Source: Bugula neritina
Lineage: Eukaryota; Animalia; Bryozoa
DNA length: 64,000 nt
Assembly: GCA_964035545.1 (NCBI GenBank)
Contig: OZ037773.1
Span: forward strand, 2,013,751 to 2,077,750
Reading direction: 5' to 3'
The notes beneath the pieces were generated by a model, which saw only the letters and a list, made by a program, of their open reading frames with translations, was not told the origin of the DNA and did not search any database. Numbering within the stretch: the first letter of the stretch is position 1; every line of letters begins with the position of its first letter. The position numbers were made by a program, and so were the translations under genes. Positions 20,001 to 33,660 of this stretch are shown piece by piece.

Positions 20001-23000
20001 ATGCCATATGACGACATAGAATTGAGAGAGTCAAAGCCTGACCTCATGACGTCACCACACAATGGAAAAGATAAAAAGGGTTGTACCCTTTCACTTCCCA
20101 TGGCCTTCCTCCTCTTCCTATTGGTTGTACTCCTGTCGGTGGGCGTCATCCTGATTGTGTTCTTTGCCACAGGAAACAACCAGGTGAAATGTGCAGACTC
20201 AGATGTAAGTTACCTTACAATAAAATATCCCACAAAACAACAGATAGTGTCTTCTTATTGCCTTCTTACAATAACATCTTACGAAAAATAACATACATTG
20301 TCTTCTCTATTCAAAATATGTTTCTATTTTGTAGGATATTTCTGGTGGGACAGCAGCTCAGATTGGAGGGAATGATGATGGAGTTTGGTGGCCTGACTCT
20401 ACGTGTCTTGTGACTTGTGAGTATCTATAGTATTTGTAATATGTATTATTGTCAATTGGTATTACTAGTAACAATGCTTATGAGTTATAACATATGTTGC
20501 TTTTAGTTAGCACTACTAGTAAGAGTATTTATCATATATTATATTGTTATTATTTAGTGTTACTAGTGTCCATCTCTACTGTTACAGGTATTGACAATGG
20601 CTACTGCAAGGGTGACGCGAGTCATCCACTAAATACTACTAACGCTGCATCACCGTCTCTACCAAACACCACATTACCTACTACTACAGAAATTACCACA
20701 ACACCTGGGAAAGTGAGAAGTTCTCCTACACAAACTTTCTCTATGTTATCAGCTGTGTTATGAATATTATATCAAAATGTCTGATTTTTCTCTAGGTGAG
20801 GGATGTAAGACTACCATTACATCTGATACCACTACACTATGACATAGAGATGAGACCAGATATCTACCAATCAGATCCAAAGATGTTTACCAACACTGGA
20901 AGAGTGAAAATAGATATGAGATGTGATGTTGAAACAGATGTTGTCACTATTCACATAAACAAACTCAATATCACAACTTTTCAACTCACCAAGCAAGGTT
21001 GGTATTCAGCATTGTTTTCATACGCTTTTTTATTTTATTTAAAAACTGATAATTTAAAAAGTTTGTTGCACAGTTGAAAAACCTAAAGATATCAAAATAT
21101 TTTAAGAAGATCAACTGGAAAAATAATAATGAGTATTGTTTTTAGATGGGACAATTATAGATATAATTGGAGAGCCAATTTATGACAAGGAGAGGGAATT
21201 TGTAAAGTTTCCAACTCAAACCAAACTTACCGTGGGAAACACTTATACTCTAGACGTTGGATACGAAGGTCCTTTACAGAATGATTTAGCTGGATTATAT
21301 TATAGTAGTTATGATGAAGTTGACAGTACTACAAACAACATTACTAAAAGGTACATGCTATACATTATATTATATACACAACATATTCTGTCTAGTGCAT
21401 TTACTAATTTTCTGTCTGTCTGTCTCTCTCTCTGATAATACAGCGTATCATAACTCACCTGATCATGTTAGAACTGAATATTGTTCAAGCATTGAATCCC
21501 TTTTACATTTAGATATCTTGCCACTACTCAATACCAACCAACAGATGCGAGGAAAGCGTTTCCATGTTTTGATGAGCCTGCACTTAAGGCTACATTTACT
21601 ATTTCTTTGTTGAGGAAGTCTGGTTATACAGCCCTTTCTAATACAGATGTCGCAAAGACTGAACCACAGTAAGTTAGCCTTTGAATGTTCACTAACTCTT
21701 TATTTACCTGGTCATACAGGTATCTAGCAGTGAGTATGATGGCTTCCACCGATGCTAGGAAAGCAATTCCGTGCTTTGATGAACCTCAGCTCAAAGCGAC
21801 TTTTACTGTGAGCTTAGTGAGACAGTCTCACATGACCAGTCTATCAGATAGGCCACTGAATTACTCCTAGCTGCTGTATGAATTGACACTCACAATATGT
21901 TATGACACTCACACTGTGCTGTACACTCATCACTACTAAATCATACTTCTAATGGTAGTATGTGTAGTTCCTGTAATTCTAGAGTACCATCAGCTGTTAG
22001 GGCTAGCAGTTATATGAGTGAATAGGTTCCAATAGCAATTTTTAGTCAATAGTTACCAGTTACTCCTTATCACTTACCAGTCAATGCCTTCTGGTTAGTA
22101 ACTAATAGTTAGCAATCTCTAGTCAATAGTTATCACTTTCCAGCTACTAATTAAGTAGTTACTAGTTCAGATTTAGCAGTTACAAATCAGTAGGTGAACG
22201 TTACCAGGATCAGTCCCAAGTTTACCGTTCCTAACTACTAGTTTGCAGTCACCAGTTACTAGGTGTCAGTTCCACAATAGTTACCAGTTAGCTGTTTGTG
22301 GTGACTAGTAGTGACTAGCTTTTTAGTAAACAGTATTGCAACTTTTAGTGCTAGACACAATATGACCCCAGCATGTAATATGTAGAAGTCATGAAAGAAT
22401 ACTCTAATCAATATAATCAAGTCTTTATTGTTTTAGAGCTGATGGATGGATTAAGGATATATTTGAGCCAACAGTAAAGATGTCTACTTATCTGTTAGCT
22501 ATGATTGTCTGCGACTTTGCTCAAAAGAATGGTACTACTTCTGGAGGTGTACGTTTATTCAAGTTATTAAGATTAGAGTTCATAGAAATATAAATGTATA
22601 ACATGTCGTATTTCAAAGATAATATTTAATATAAATTGTGCTTTTATAATTTTCAGGTAACTTTCAGAGTGTGGGCCCGGAAATCCGCTATAAATCAGGT
22701 AGATTATGCCCTAGACCAAGGAATCAGAATATTAGGATATTTTGAAGAATTTTTTAATGAAACCTATCCACTGAAAAAACAGGGTGAGACCTTTACGTGG
22801 AAATTGTTTTACCAATCCCCTTTGTGAGTTCCCATTTTATAGATATAGTTTTTACTCGGCAATTACATCAGTATATATCCTACTCCCTAGATATACATAA
22901 TTTCAATTTTATAAATATATTATTATAAAGAAAAAACATGGTTTCTATATTCATTGTAATAGATTTTGAGATAACTTTTAGAAATCGCCTCCTCTTGTAT

Positions 23001-26000
23001 TACATTTTTAGCTGTCCATTTTGTTTTTGTTTTGTAAACCGATCTTCGGCCGAAGTTGGAGGGTACCGAAATTTGGGCGTCCAATTCAGCGCACCCGAAA
23101 TTTGAGGCGTCCGATCTTTGGCCGACCCTCGTGGAGGATTCTAAAAGTCAAGAGCGTCCAAATTTCAACGCTCCCAAAGTTTGGCACGCCCGATTTCTAG
23201 AGTATATAAGTTGCGAGTTTGCCAGTGTATTTCAGTCTATCACTGGAACTCGCCAAGGGCAGACCTAGGAGAAAGACTTTGATATTACGTTCTTTACACC
23301 AATAAATATTTCTACCTCTGACAAACCCCCTCTTCTCTTTTCTCTCACTCACAAGGAGTTATGTTCTACAATTAATTATTCCACCCCACATAGCTATCAC
23401 AATATAATAGAAAAATAATTTCTTTCTTGCAGTTAACATATCATTATATTGTAGATATGATTGCTATTCCTGACTTTGCTGGTGGAGCCATGGAGAACTG
23501 GGGTTTAATAACATACAGAGAAACCTCTTTACTCTATGATGACCAGGTGTCTGCTGCCTCCAACAAACAGAGAGTAGCTATAGTTGTCTCCCATGAGCTT
23601 TCTCATCAGGTATCAACTATATAATACAGGGTTTTACTATGTTTAGTAGGCGCAACTCCAATGCGGGTTACTTCACTTTTTAATGGTATTTGATGAAACC
23701 AAGGCTGCATCAGAAAAAGTGCTTTCGCACCAAACTCATACTAATCAGCAAAGTGATAGTGACCCAGTTAGTTAACATGGTGCCACCCATAGCAATGCTG
23801 GAGCCTTTAGCTACCTGTCACTACTATATTTCTTCTGCTTTTACTGCTTCAATTTATAGCATGCGGTTCTATTGATGCAACTAGATCCACTTAAACATCT
23901 TTACTGACATGATTTCAGTGGTTTGGCAACCTGGTGACTCCTTCCTGGTGGGATGACTTGTGGCTGAACGAAGGGTTTGCAAGCTATGTGCAGTACATCG
24001 GAGTAAACTTCACGGAGCCTGACTGGCAGATGGTATGATTGTAGAAAAGTATATCTGCTTTATGAAGTATACAGCAACATTGCCAATGTTAAGTTAAGGA
24101 ACTAAACATTGAATATATTTGAATGACTGAACTGAATGCTGTGTATACATCAGTCACTAAACTGAGTATTGTGTGCAGTTTACACTTTAGTTAATGTACT
24201 AAATATTATGTATACTGTCTTTAGCTCGACCAATTTGTCACGACAGATGTGCAGAGTACACTCAAGTCTGATAGTTTGGCCACATCACACCCGATCTACG
24301 TTCCAGTCCAACATCCAGATGAGATTAATGAAATATTTGATAGCATTTCCTATGGCAAGGTACTTTTAACTACATTCCAAATATTCACATTTAGGTGCAG
24401 CAATGGAGAAATTGAAATAGTTTAAGATCTTTAAATTTCTTTATAGAATTTGGTTTGGGGCACTGGTTGAAATTTTTGCGAGAACATAACATGTTTTGCT
24501 ACATTTCTATTTAGAACACAGGTTTTTCTAAATTTCTCTATCACTGCACCTACCTCGTGATTCAGGGTCCTTCTTTTACTCTTTTCTGTTGCCATTAAAT
24601 TTGTATGTGTTTACATTGACAGGGTGGCTCTTTGATTCGGATGATGCGGTATTTCCTTGGAGATTCAATCTTCCAGAACGCCTTAGCTGTACGTATTCTG
24701 AACCAATGACCTATTCGCAGGGTCAGGAGAAATAATTTAAAAACTATGGACTGCTAATACCAGCTTGTTATTGTCTAATTATATGTAACTCCAGTGCTTT
24801 TTTGCAGCATATATTCACATTATGAATGTGACAAGTTTTACGTAACATAAAGTCAACGTTGAAGGTGATTTGCAATATATTCTCGCAATAAGTTGCTACA
24901 AACGTATTAATTTTACTGACAGAACTACATTAATGAGAAGGCATATGATGATGCACACCACGATGATCTCTGGGAAGCCATGCAAACAGAGGCAGACAAA
25001 CAAGGTCTGACAGACAGAGAAGGTCAAAAAATAAATATCAAGGCGATTCTAGACACCTGGATTTTGCAAATGGGTTACCCTCTACTCGACGTCACTGTAA
25101 GATGTTGATAGATACACTACTATTGGTTGTATAAACAACTATATAGTGTTACAACAGCTCTAATGAGTTTCATAATATTTGCAGATGGAACCTGTTGTGG
25201 GAAGCAAGCAACCAATAAGAATCACACAGAAGCACTTCTTACTTGATGATTCACAAGAGCCAGACCCCAGATACCCCAGTCCTTACCAGTGAGTTTCTAT
25301 TACTGAACCATTGTCTTCATTTGACTCGCACCTACATGTAGAATTTTAGCATCAATAGCAAAAACAAAACGTGTGTTTAGAGACCGTTTCTGTGTTTCAA
25401 AATAGTAGCCATAATTTTACAGATACACATGGGATGTTCCATTCAGTTTTGTTACAAGTAAATCACCAGACTTTGATGTTGATGAAACTTCTGTTGACTG
25501 GTTCTACAGAACTGAAGATTCTAGTAAGTTAGCTCTGTTCAGGTGTAGCCTTTTGAATGACTTTCTATTTATTACTTTTTGATATTGTGACAGAAGTAAG
25601 AACCAACCTAAGCTATGCCATCATAAAAATATTTCTCCTATGTATTACTCAATATGTTTCACCGGCTTTCCATGGATCGATCTGAGATCGATCCATGGAA
25701 AGCCCGTGTTTGTCTAATACAAGTTATGTGATGTTTACATTGTAGAGAGCATAGAAATAGATGCTGATTCTGATTGGCTGATCATAAACCCAAAACAATA
25801 TGGTTTCTACAGAGTAAATTATCCAGAATCTTTATGGCAGAAACTAATTGATCAACAGAATGCAGATCATACTGTAAGTTGAAATAACACACAGTGTGTC
25901 TGGCTGTCATACCGTTTTGCTATATTGTGGCTAGTTGTTGCAGTGTAATACTATAGTGTACCTGGATATTATATTGTAATACCACAGAATGTCTAGTTGT

Positions 26001-28713
26001 TTTCTTTTTTACAGGTTATTGATCCATTGAATAGAGCTCAAATTATAGATGATGCCTTCAACATTGCACTGTAAGTAAATAACATATAGTTTTAGTTACA
26101 TATGTTCATCTTTTCTATTATGACTTCTTTCATGATTTAAACTGTTGAGAGATGATATATTTGGCCATCGGTGTTCCAGGGCTGGTAAACTGAATATTAA
26201 GTTTGCAATGGAGTTGACTAAATATCTCTCTAAAGAAGAAGACTACTTTCCGTGGGATGCAGCCATTACCAGTCTGAGTTACGTTTCTTCAGCTCTGAAG
26301 AGAACTGAAGCTTACGGAAACTTTAAGGTGCTTCATAAGGCTCCATTGAGATATTACAATACATTATCAGATCCTTATGTTAATATTACATGCTAAGTTT
26401 CTACAGTTATCTATATGTGCATTATGTTATCCCCAGGATACAGTGTCACAATGTAACTATACGTATACATTCATATGTTAAATCACAATGTGACATATAA
26501 AATTATATCACTGTGTTACAGTATTGCAACATCATTATTATGTTTTTGAAGCTGCTATATATAAATTTACATTGCTGCATTAGGATATTGCTATATGATT
26601 CTATTGCTATAACGTTTTGCTAATACAGCATTATTAAATGGCTAATATATATGAAGTTAATTATTGTTTGCTTTAGACATACTATTCCTCGATGATTAAA
26701 CCTTATTATGAAAAGTTCAGTAATAACTGGAATTTCAACAGTTCTGGTCCAATAGTTGAGCAGTGAGTTACACTTATATAAATTATTATATATCTTCATT
26801 CTCTGGTTGATATTTAAAAACCTTCCAATTTTTTTTAAAAAAATATTTAGTTTTATGAACAAAACATCATTAAACTCCTGCATTTTCAGACTAAACATTT
26901 GTTAGCCCAGTATATGTGTTTATATTGTAGGTATAGGCAATCTTCTGCCATCTCTCGTGCCTGTTCATACAACGTCGGAGATTGTAGATCTCGAGCTGTA
27001 GAGTTGTTTAAGAGTTGGATGAATGAGTCATTATCAGGGTGAGTCATAGACTACAATAACATACATTAAGGACTGTGAAACAGACTATGATATGACAAAC
27101 AGTAATAATGGCTGTGAACTAGACTACAATAGCAGACAATAAGAAGGACTTTTATAGAGACTAGACCTTCTAGAAACAGTATGATTACAGAACTTTACAA
27201 GGCAGTTCATAAGACACATTATTGGTGTGATAGTAATATCCGTTACAAAGGAGTGTGAAACTGATTATGAAGCACAGTGTAAATAGGAAAACACACTATA
27301 ACTTGATATGATTTGTTTTGCAGTTTTATTCACCCAAATGTAAGGAGCACAGTCTACTGTTATGGAGTAAATGAATTGGGAGTTGTAGCCTGGGATTACG
27401 TCTATCAAAGGTTTAAAACAGAAAATGTGGCAGGTGAAGCAGTGAAGTTGCTAGAATCTTTAGGATGTACTGATGAGACATGGCTATTACAGAGGTGTGT
27501 ATATATACATATGTACCTACAGTGTATACATATGCAGCTACAATGTATATAATATTTACCTACAGTGTGTACACATTTGTAGCTGCAGTGTATACAAATG
27601 TAGGTCTAGTATGTTTATACGTAGATTGTGTAACTTGGTTTGACACAGTCTGTGTGCATAAAGTATAGCATGCATGTGGACATATGTGCAATTAGGATAC
27701 AATGTGTAGATACAGCACATACATATGTAGGTACACTGTATAAATTTGTAGGTAAGTGTGTAAATACATGTATGCATGTGTAAGGATAACACAAACATCT
27801 GTAGCTACAGTGTGTACATCTGTAGCTACAGTATTTAATATGCAGCTGTAGTGTATTCATGTATAGCTACAGTGTACACATGTGTACCTATAGTGTATGA
27901 GTATGTGAAAACAAGGCATACATACATATGCAGCTACGGTATGCGCATGTGTAGATACAGTGTATACATGTGTAGGTACATTGTATACATGTGTGGATAC
28001 AGTGTATGCATATGTAGTTACAGTATAATTTCTGTTGTAGACTGCTAGACTATTCAGTGGATGAAGATAAAATCAGAAAACAAGATTCTTATATAGCTGT
28101 AAGGGCTGTAACTAATAACAATATTGGTAGATTCCTCGCATGGGATTGGTTGAGAGCTAACTGGTTTGACATTAAAGCCAAGTAAGTATTTTGATAGTTT
28201 TTCTTACACCATTATTTAGCATAAAAAATATATTTCTATCTTTGTGTATTACGTAGAGCATATCTTAGATTCGGTGCATCACAGGTGGTTGTTTGGTGTG
28301 TTTCAGATATGGCGTTGGAATAAATATGCTTGGTTATTTCGTTTCGTTCACAACCTCTTCTTTCTTCACAGAGTTTGAGCTGCAGCAGGTTGGTTGCAGT
28401 TTTCTTTGATTTACAAATCTGCCATTATTAGATTATTTTTTACCATATTACAACACATTTGTTATCCTCAATCAAACTTGTTAAAGAAGGTTTATATTCA
28501 GTAATTGTCCGTATATATCAAGCAACAAAAGTAACACTATCTTACTCTATATTTTATTGACAGATTGGAAACTTCACTGCATCTGTTGGTGACCTTGGAA
28601 CTGCTTCTAGAGCGTTTGCACAAGCCAAAGAGCGGACAACTAATAACATCAAATACTTGCAGAGAAACCAGGCTGACTTGACAGAATGGCTAGTAGACAT
28701 AACGCAGCCTTAA
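20001..28713 (+). CDS. ANPEP: M1 family aminopeptidase N-like, copy B
   Basis: Same exon series as copy A: ATG 20001, TM segment, exon 6a 21513-21668, [17 protein letters not shown] (~23456-23610), [22 protein letters not shown], final exon ending CAG CCT TAA at 28713. No disruption noticed in constitutive exons. Confidence 0.9.
21720..21875 (+). pseudogene. Alternative exon 6b of copy B with in-frame stop
   Basis: 156 nt, AG/GT bounded. Reads [39 protein letters not shown](21868-21870); B' has CAG at this codon. Confidence 0.85.
25660..25708. mobile_element. 49-bp palindromic micro-element (CAC..GTG termini, TTT TSD)
   Basis: 23-bp arms with one mismatch and a 3-nt loop. Absent at the paralogous site in B' (47581 AATATGTTTGTCTAA). 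Confidence 0.75.
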
Positions 28714-29294
28714 ATGCAACTTCATTCTTCCAACCCTTAAAGAACATTTGATGTTTAAAATTAAATCTGATTTGCTCACATAATATGTAATATATTATGT
28801 ATATAGTGATGACTCAGGTTTATGATTTGTCTTCATTTAGACAATGATGTTACATGTTGTCCCACTTTTATTCATATTTTTATACAAATATTTAATGTGA
28901 CTTTGAAAGTTTTATACCAGATAAACTTCAATTATAGTTTGATGTTATTTTCACTAATAATATCCTATTTAATACCATGTAATTATTATAATATGATTAA
29001 CTTGGATCGAAATACATCCCAAATATTCCACATCGACTATAAGTTATATTTATTCCTTCATGTCTGTAAACACTTTATACAGTAATGTAAGTGTTCATTT
29101 GATATAAAATACTATACACTGCGTCATGTTCATGCTAGATATCACAACACTGAAACTCATACAGATCTGAAAGTTAATCTGTAATATTTGACATACAGTC
29201 CATAAAGTAATCTAAAAAGCTACATAGAAATAGCTGCAGAATATGGTATGTAAATTGTGGCATTTATACTAATGCATAATATATGGCATAATAC

Positions 29295-29509
29295 AAACTC
29301 ACGCAAGTTTATAGTCACTATCCCTGTGAGAACCCCTGATTAAAAAGGTTTTTTTTTTCAAATCGGGCTAAGGACTTATTTAGATGAGGCACAGGTGCAA
29401 ATATGACTGGATGCTCTTCCTAACATCACCATTGGCCTTTGTTAAGTCTCGAACCCACAACTTGGGGTTTACTAAGCAAACGATCTAACCTCTAGACCGC
29501 AGCTGCTCC
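29295..29509 (-). mobile_element. tRNA-derived SINE
   Basis: Minus strand begins GGAGCAGCTGCGGTCTAGAGG (A-box-like) and contains GGTTCGAGAC (B box) and core GTTAGGAAGAGCATCCAGTC. Flanked by a ~19-bp direct repeat ATAATATATGGCATAATAC. Related copies at ~10575-10645 (partial), 47965-48124, 51534-51751 and 53736-53920. Confidence 0.8.
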
Positions 29510-29849
29510 TTATAATATATGGCATAATACATGTTGTAAAACGTGGTATATAAGTTATAGTGTATTCCATGTTAGATGAACTAATGTGGAGTGCAAAATT
29601 TAAATGATGTTGACTCCAGGGCATATTAACAGAGGTAGAGCATCTTGATTTATGTATTCAAATAATATCAGGGATATGGTGTATTGTGGACCTAATATTT
29701 TGCTGCATAGGTCAAAGGGAATATTGTAATTATTCACATAATGTGATAAAATAGAATGCTTTGCATGGTGTACATGTATAACTGCATTATAACAAATATC
29801 ATATGTAAAGAAGGTTATATGGTTTCTAGTTTCAAGCATTTGAAATTGA

Positions 29850-29972
29850 CTACATACTACATACTACTACATACTACTACATACTACTACATACTACTAC
29901 ATACTACTACATACTACTACATACTACATACTACTACATACTACATACTACATACTACTACATACTACATAC
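29850..29972. repeat. (CATACTACTA)n / (CATACTA)n microsatellite at a deletion junction
   Basis: Direct reading. Left flank matches the B' downstream region and right flank matches copy A intron 20. Confidence 0.9.
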
Positions 29973-30050
29973 TGTGAAACAGACTATAATAACAGACAAT
30001 AAGGACTGTGAAACAGACTATATCATAAAATTTGAAATCGACTACACTAA

Positions 30051-30393
30051 GCCTAGGGCCACACTGTGCGTATTTTCGCATGCGAAAATTAAAATCACAA
30101 GTAGCAAAGGTGTCCACTGTAGCGTCAGTGATGCGTGATAAATAAAGCTTTCATTTTTAAATCGCACTCGCTTTCAATAAAACGCAATTTACTGGAATAT
30201 AGCACTAAATAAAGAAATTGGGCTCGCTGAATAGCTACCAGCCAATTAGGTGACGACGACAGAGACGATTCGCACTTGCGTTGAAAATGCAGAGCGACAA
30301 GTGCGAAGGTGTTCTCAACGCGCACAGTGGACACCTTTGCTACTTGTGATTTCAATTTTCGCATGCGAAAATACGCACCGTGTGGCCCTAGGC
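30051..30393. mobile_element. PIF/Harbinger-type (Tourist-like) MITE
   Basis: ~70-bp TIRs GCCTAGGGCCACAC..GGTGTCCACTGT, 3-bp TSD TAA, absent at the homologous site in copy A (~15640). Confidence 0.85.
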
Positions 30394-32904
30394 TAACAGC
30401 AATAATAATAATATTCATTAGAAAAAACAGTGAACCAGGCTATCAGAAGACAGTATGATTACAAAACATTACAATAAAGTTTGTAAAACGTATTATTGCT
30501 CTCCAATTTATACTGTGAAACTGATTATGAAGCACAGTTATAAACATTTATGATTTGTTTTGCAGTTTTATTCAAAAATGTCAATATTTAGATAAATGAT
30601 GTGTCAATAATAAAGCAATTAAATCATGTTAAGAAGCCATGGTGCTGTGTTATTAAGGTTGTTGACCCCTTTTTATAACTTTAAAAAACATAGCTAAAGT
30701 TTTAAAACTAAAAATAACTATTAGCCTAAGTTGGCAGCTCAACGAACCTTTTCGATAGGCATGCCAGTTGGAAATAAATTGCTATTTAGCTCATATAGCA
30801 ATGACGTTGCATTTTAAGTTTGCAGAACCCCTTTTAGCTTTATTTGGTGAACATCTTTGTAATCAGCATATAAAATCACACCATATAGTAAATTTTCATG
30901 AAGTTAGAACAAACTGATGCAGAGATGCAAGGAAGTTATAAACACGGCAAGACTAGGTTAAACTTGAAAAAATGAATGATTAAGGCTTAGCTTAGTTACC
31001 CTTGGGTATCATTTGCCTATTACTCAATAATACATATGATAAAGGCACATGCATCTTTATTATATTAATTTCTAAAGATTTCAAAGCATTGGAACCTTAA
31101 ATTTAGCCCCAATGGGTAGGTACATTTGAATTAGAAAAAATCGTTTGGTGGCTGGCGGCCATCTTGAATTTCTCAAAATTCTCAAGGGTAAGAAGTCCAC
31201 ACCCACTTGGAAACATTTACCTAGACCCTATATTTGAAGTCAAAGTCAAAAATTGGCATTTTTCTGCCAGACTATATGGGCATATTTTTGAAAGATGATT
31301 AGTGCACAGAATAGTTAGAGCATCTTCACTGAGAATATCATAAATTTCGCTCACAATCTAGTTTAAGTTCTTGTTATGTTAATGCTATGTGGGTGGCATG
31401 CGTGTTGCCTACTTGTGATTGTTTAGCCTGAGATTACACTATGAATAATAAGCATGCAGCTATCAACATTCCATCTTATCTTCTCTTCTCTACGTGTTCA
31501 CTGAAGCGCGAAGTGCTGTGCATTGGTGATAGCTGATGAAAAAATATTTTATTTCAGTGTATAAATCACTAACTTGTAGGAAATCTATGAAGGCTGTTGA
31601 AAGGATCAAAAAAATTTGCTATGCATAAATTTCTCAGATTTCCGACAGGTTTCAAATACCATACTTTCCTGCTGAGATATTTGCAGGGATTGAAAAATAA
31701 ACTTTTCAGATAAAATCGGCCAAAAATGGGTAGTTTTTTGTCTATAACTTTGCAAAAAAATATTGAAAACTCAGAAAAGCAGGTGCTCTGGGGAACAGGA
31801 AGATCTACAACATGGTTTTTGAATTTTAATTTTAGCACAATTAAGTGAGGTTTGATTTGGCGGGACTGAATTCTTATAATATACCAATAATGTCGCCTCA
31901 GCAAGGCAGTGACAGCTAGAAGGTTGCCCTTATCTATCTTGTGTGGACTTGTATTTTGTCAATAAGCAATGGAATTTGGAAAAAACCAACATGAAATCTG
32001 GAAATAAAATCAATATGTCTTTAGGAAACAGTACCAGTTGTGTATATAGGAGAGGTTATTGAACATTTATCACTGAGGACTACAGGTACTATTTCCACAT
32101 TTTGGTCGAAAACCTAGCAGCGTTTTTGCATGTTAATTATCAATGCAATGAGATTTTGCAAACTGTACACCACCATAAGTAACCGTTTATGTTTGATTGT
32201 ACTACCTAACATCTGGCTTTATATTTAATCATCTTCTAGGTTAACACATATTAAACCTGTCAAATTTGTTCTTTTGGGGTATATTTCCTTGATATACCTA
32301 GTGGAAGCTCAGGGGTTTTATTTTAAAACAAAGTTATTATACTCTTCTTGGGTGTGCTTTATTGTGTGTAAGGAGGTGTGGTGGTATCTCCTTATGGATT
32401 AGATTAGACTAATACTCTAATAAACTCCAAATAGGTTTTCAACCATTTCTGCTTGCCAATAAGTGATTAATTCAAATTGCTCTTTATAAATAACCAACAC
32501 ACATTTTCTGATTTGCAATCTGCCTCTCTTCTGATCTATTATTCTTTTTCTGTGCACGTCAGTCTATTAGCTATTAATAAAATAATCAGGTTGCATTTGG
32601 AGAGCATTTGTTACCTGCCTCTATCTTTCCATCTCTTTGAGTTCTTCAGCAATTTTTCTGTACAGGTTGGACTTTGTGCATGTCAGAACAAACCTAACTG
32701 CAGTTGAGTAAGACTACATTCAAAATTACAGTCAACAAGTATGGGACAATACTGAACATTTATATAGTTTGCAGCAATGCCCAGTCGTCATGCATGTAGC
32801 TGGTATGGTATGAAAATAATAGTGAGGTGCACATTTCAACACAGATTTTTTCAGAAGAATTAGAATTCACAATGGCTTTGAATTGCATAAATTTGCATCA
32901 GAAG

Positions 32905-33018
32905 AGCTCTAAGGACTTCGGCGACCGGGGCGCTGCCCCGGACCCCGCCGGAGGCCTGGGCGGCCCCCTGGACCCCCGGCCTGAGAGTATGGCCTAGAAT
33001 ATTTTCGCCACTACATCC

Positions 33019-33021
<3 letters not shown>
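32905..33021 (-). mobile_element. Probable DNA-transposon (hAT-like) terminus with GC-rich hairpin
   Basis: Minus strand starts CAGGGATGTAGTGGCG with a GC-rich subterminal stem region. It ends a foreign block (30575-33021) that replaces most of pseudo-exon 21 and is followed by (TA)n. The other end was not found. Confidence 0.45.
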
Positions 33022-33069
<48 letters not shown>

Positions 33070-33660
33070 GCTACAGTGTATACACGTATGTAGTTAGCAT
33101 ATATGCATATTTAGCTACGGTGTATACACATATAGATAGAGTGTGTGTACACAGATTATACAAACATGTAGCCATGTGCACACTGTGCACAGTGTGTATG
33201 CATATGTAGCTACAGTATACATACATATGTAGCTACAGTGTATACATATATGTAGCTACAGTATACATACATATGTAGCTACAGTGTATACACATATGTA
33301 GCTACAGTGTACACACATATGTAGCTACAGTATACATACATATGTAGCTGCAATGTATACACATATGTAGCTACAGTATACATACATATGTAGCTACAGT
33401 ATACATACATATGTAGCTACAGTATACATACATATGTAGCCACAGTATGTATGCATACGTAGCTACAGTGTATATACATATGTAGCTACAGTATACATAC
33501 ATATGTAGCTACAGTGTATACATACACATGTAGCTACAGTATATACATACATATGTAGCTACAGTATACATACATATGCAGCTACAGTATATATACATAT
33601 GTAGCTACAGTATATACATATGTAGCTACAGTATACATACATATGTAGCTACAGTATAAG
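33022..33660. repeat. (TA)n followed by ~24-26-bp minisatellite (TATGTAGCTACAGTATACATACA)
   Basis: Direct reading; expanded from the motif present in intron 21 of all copies. Confidence 0.9.
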
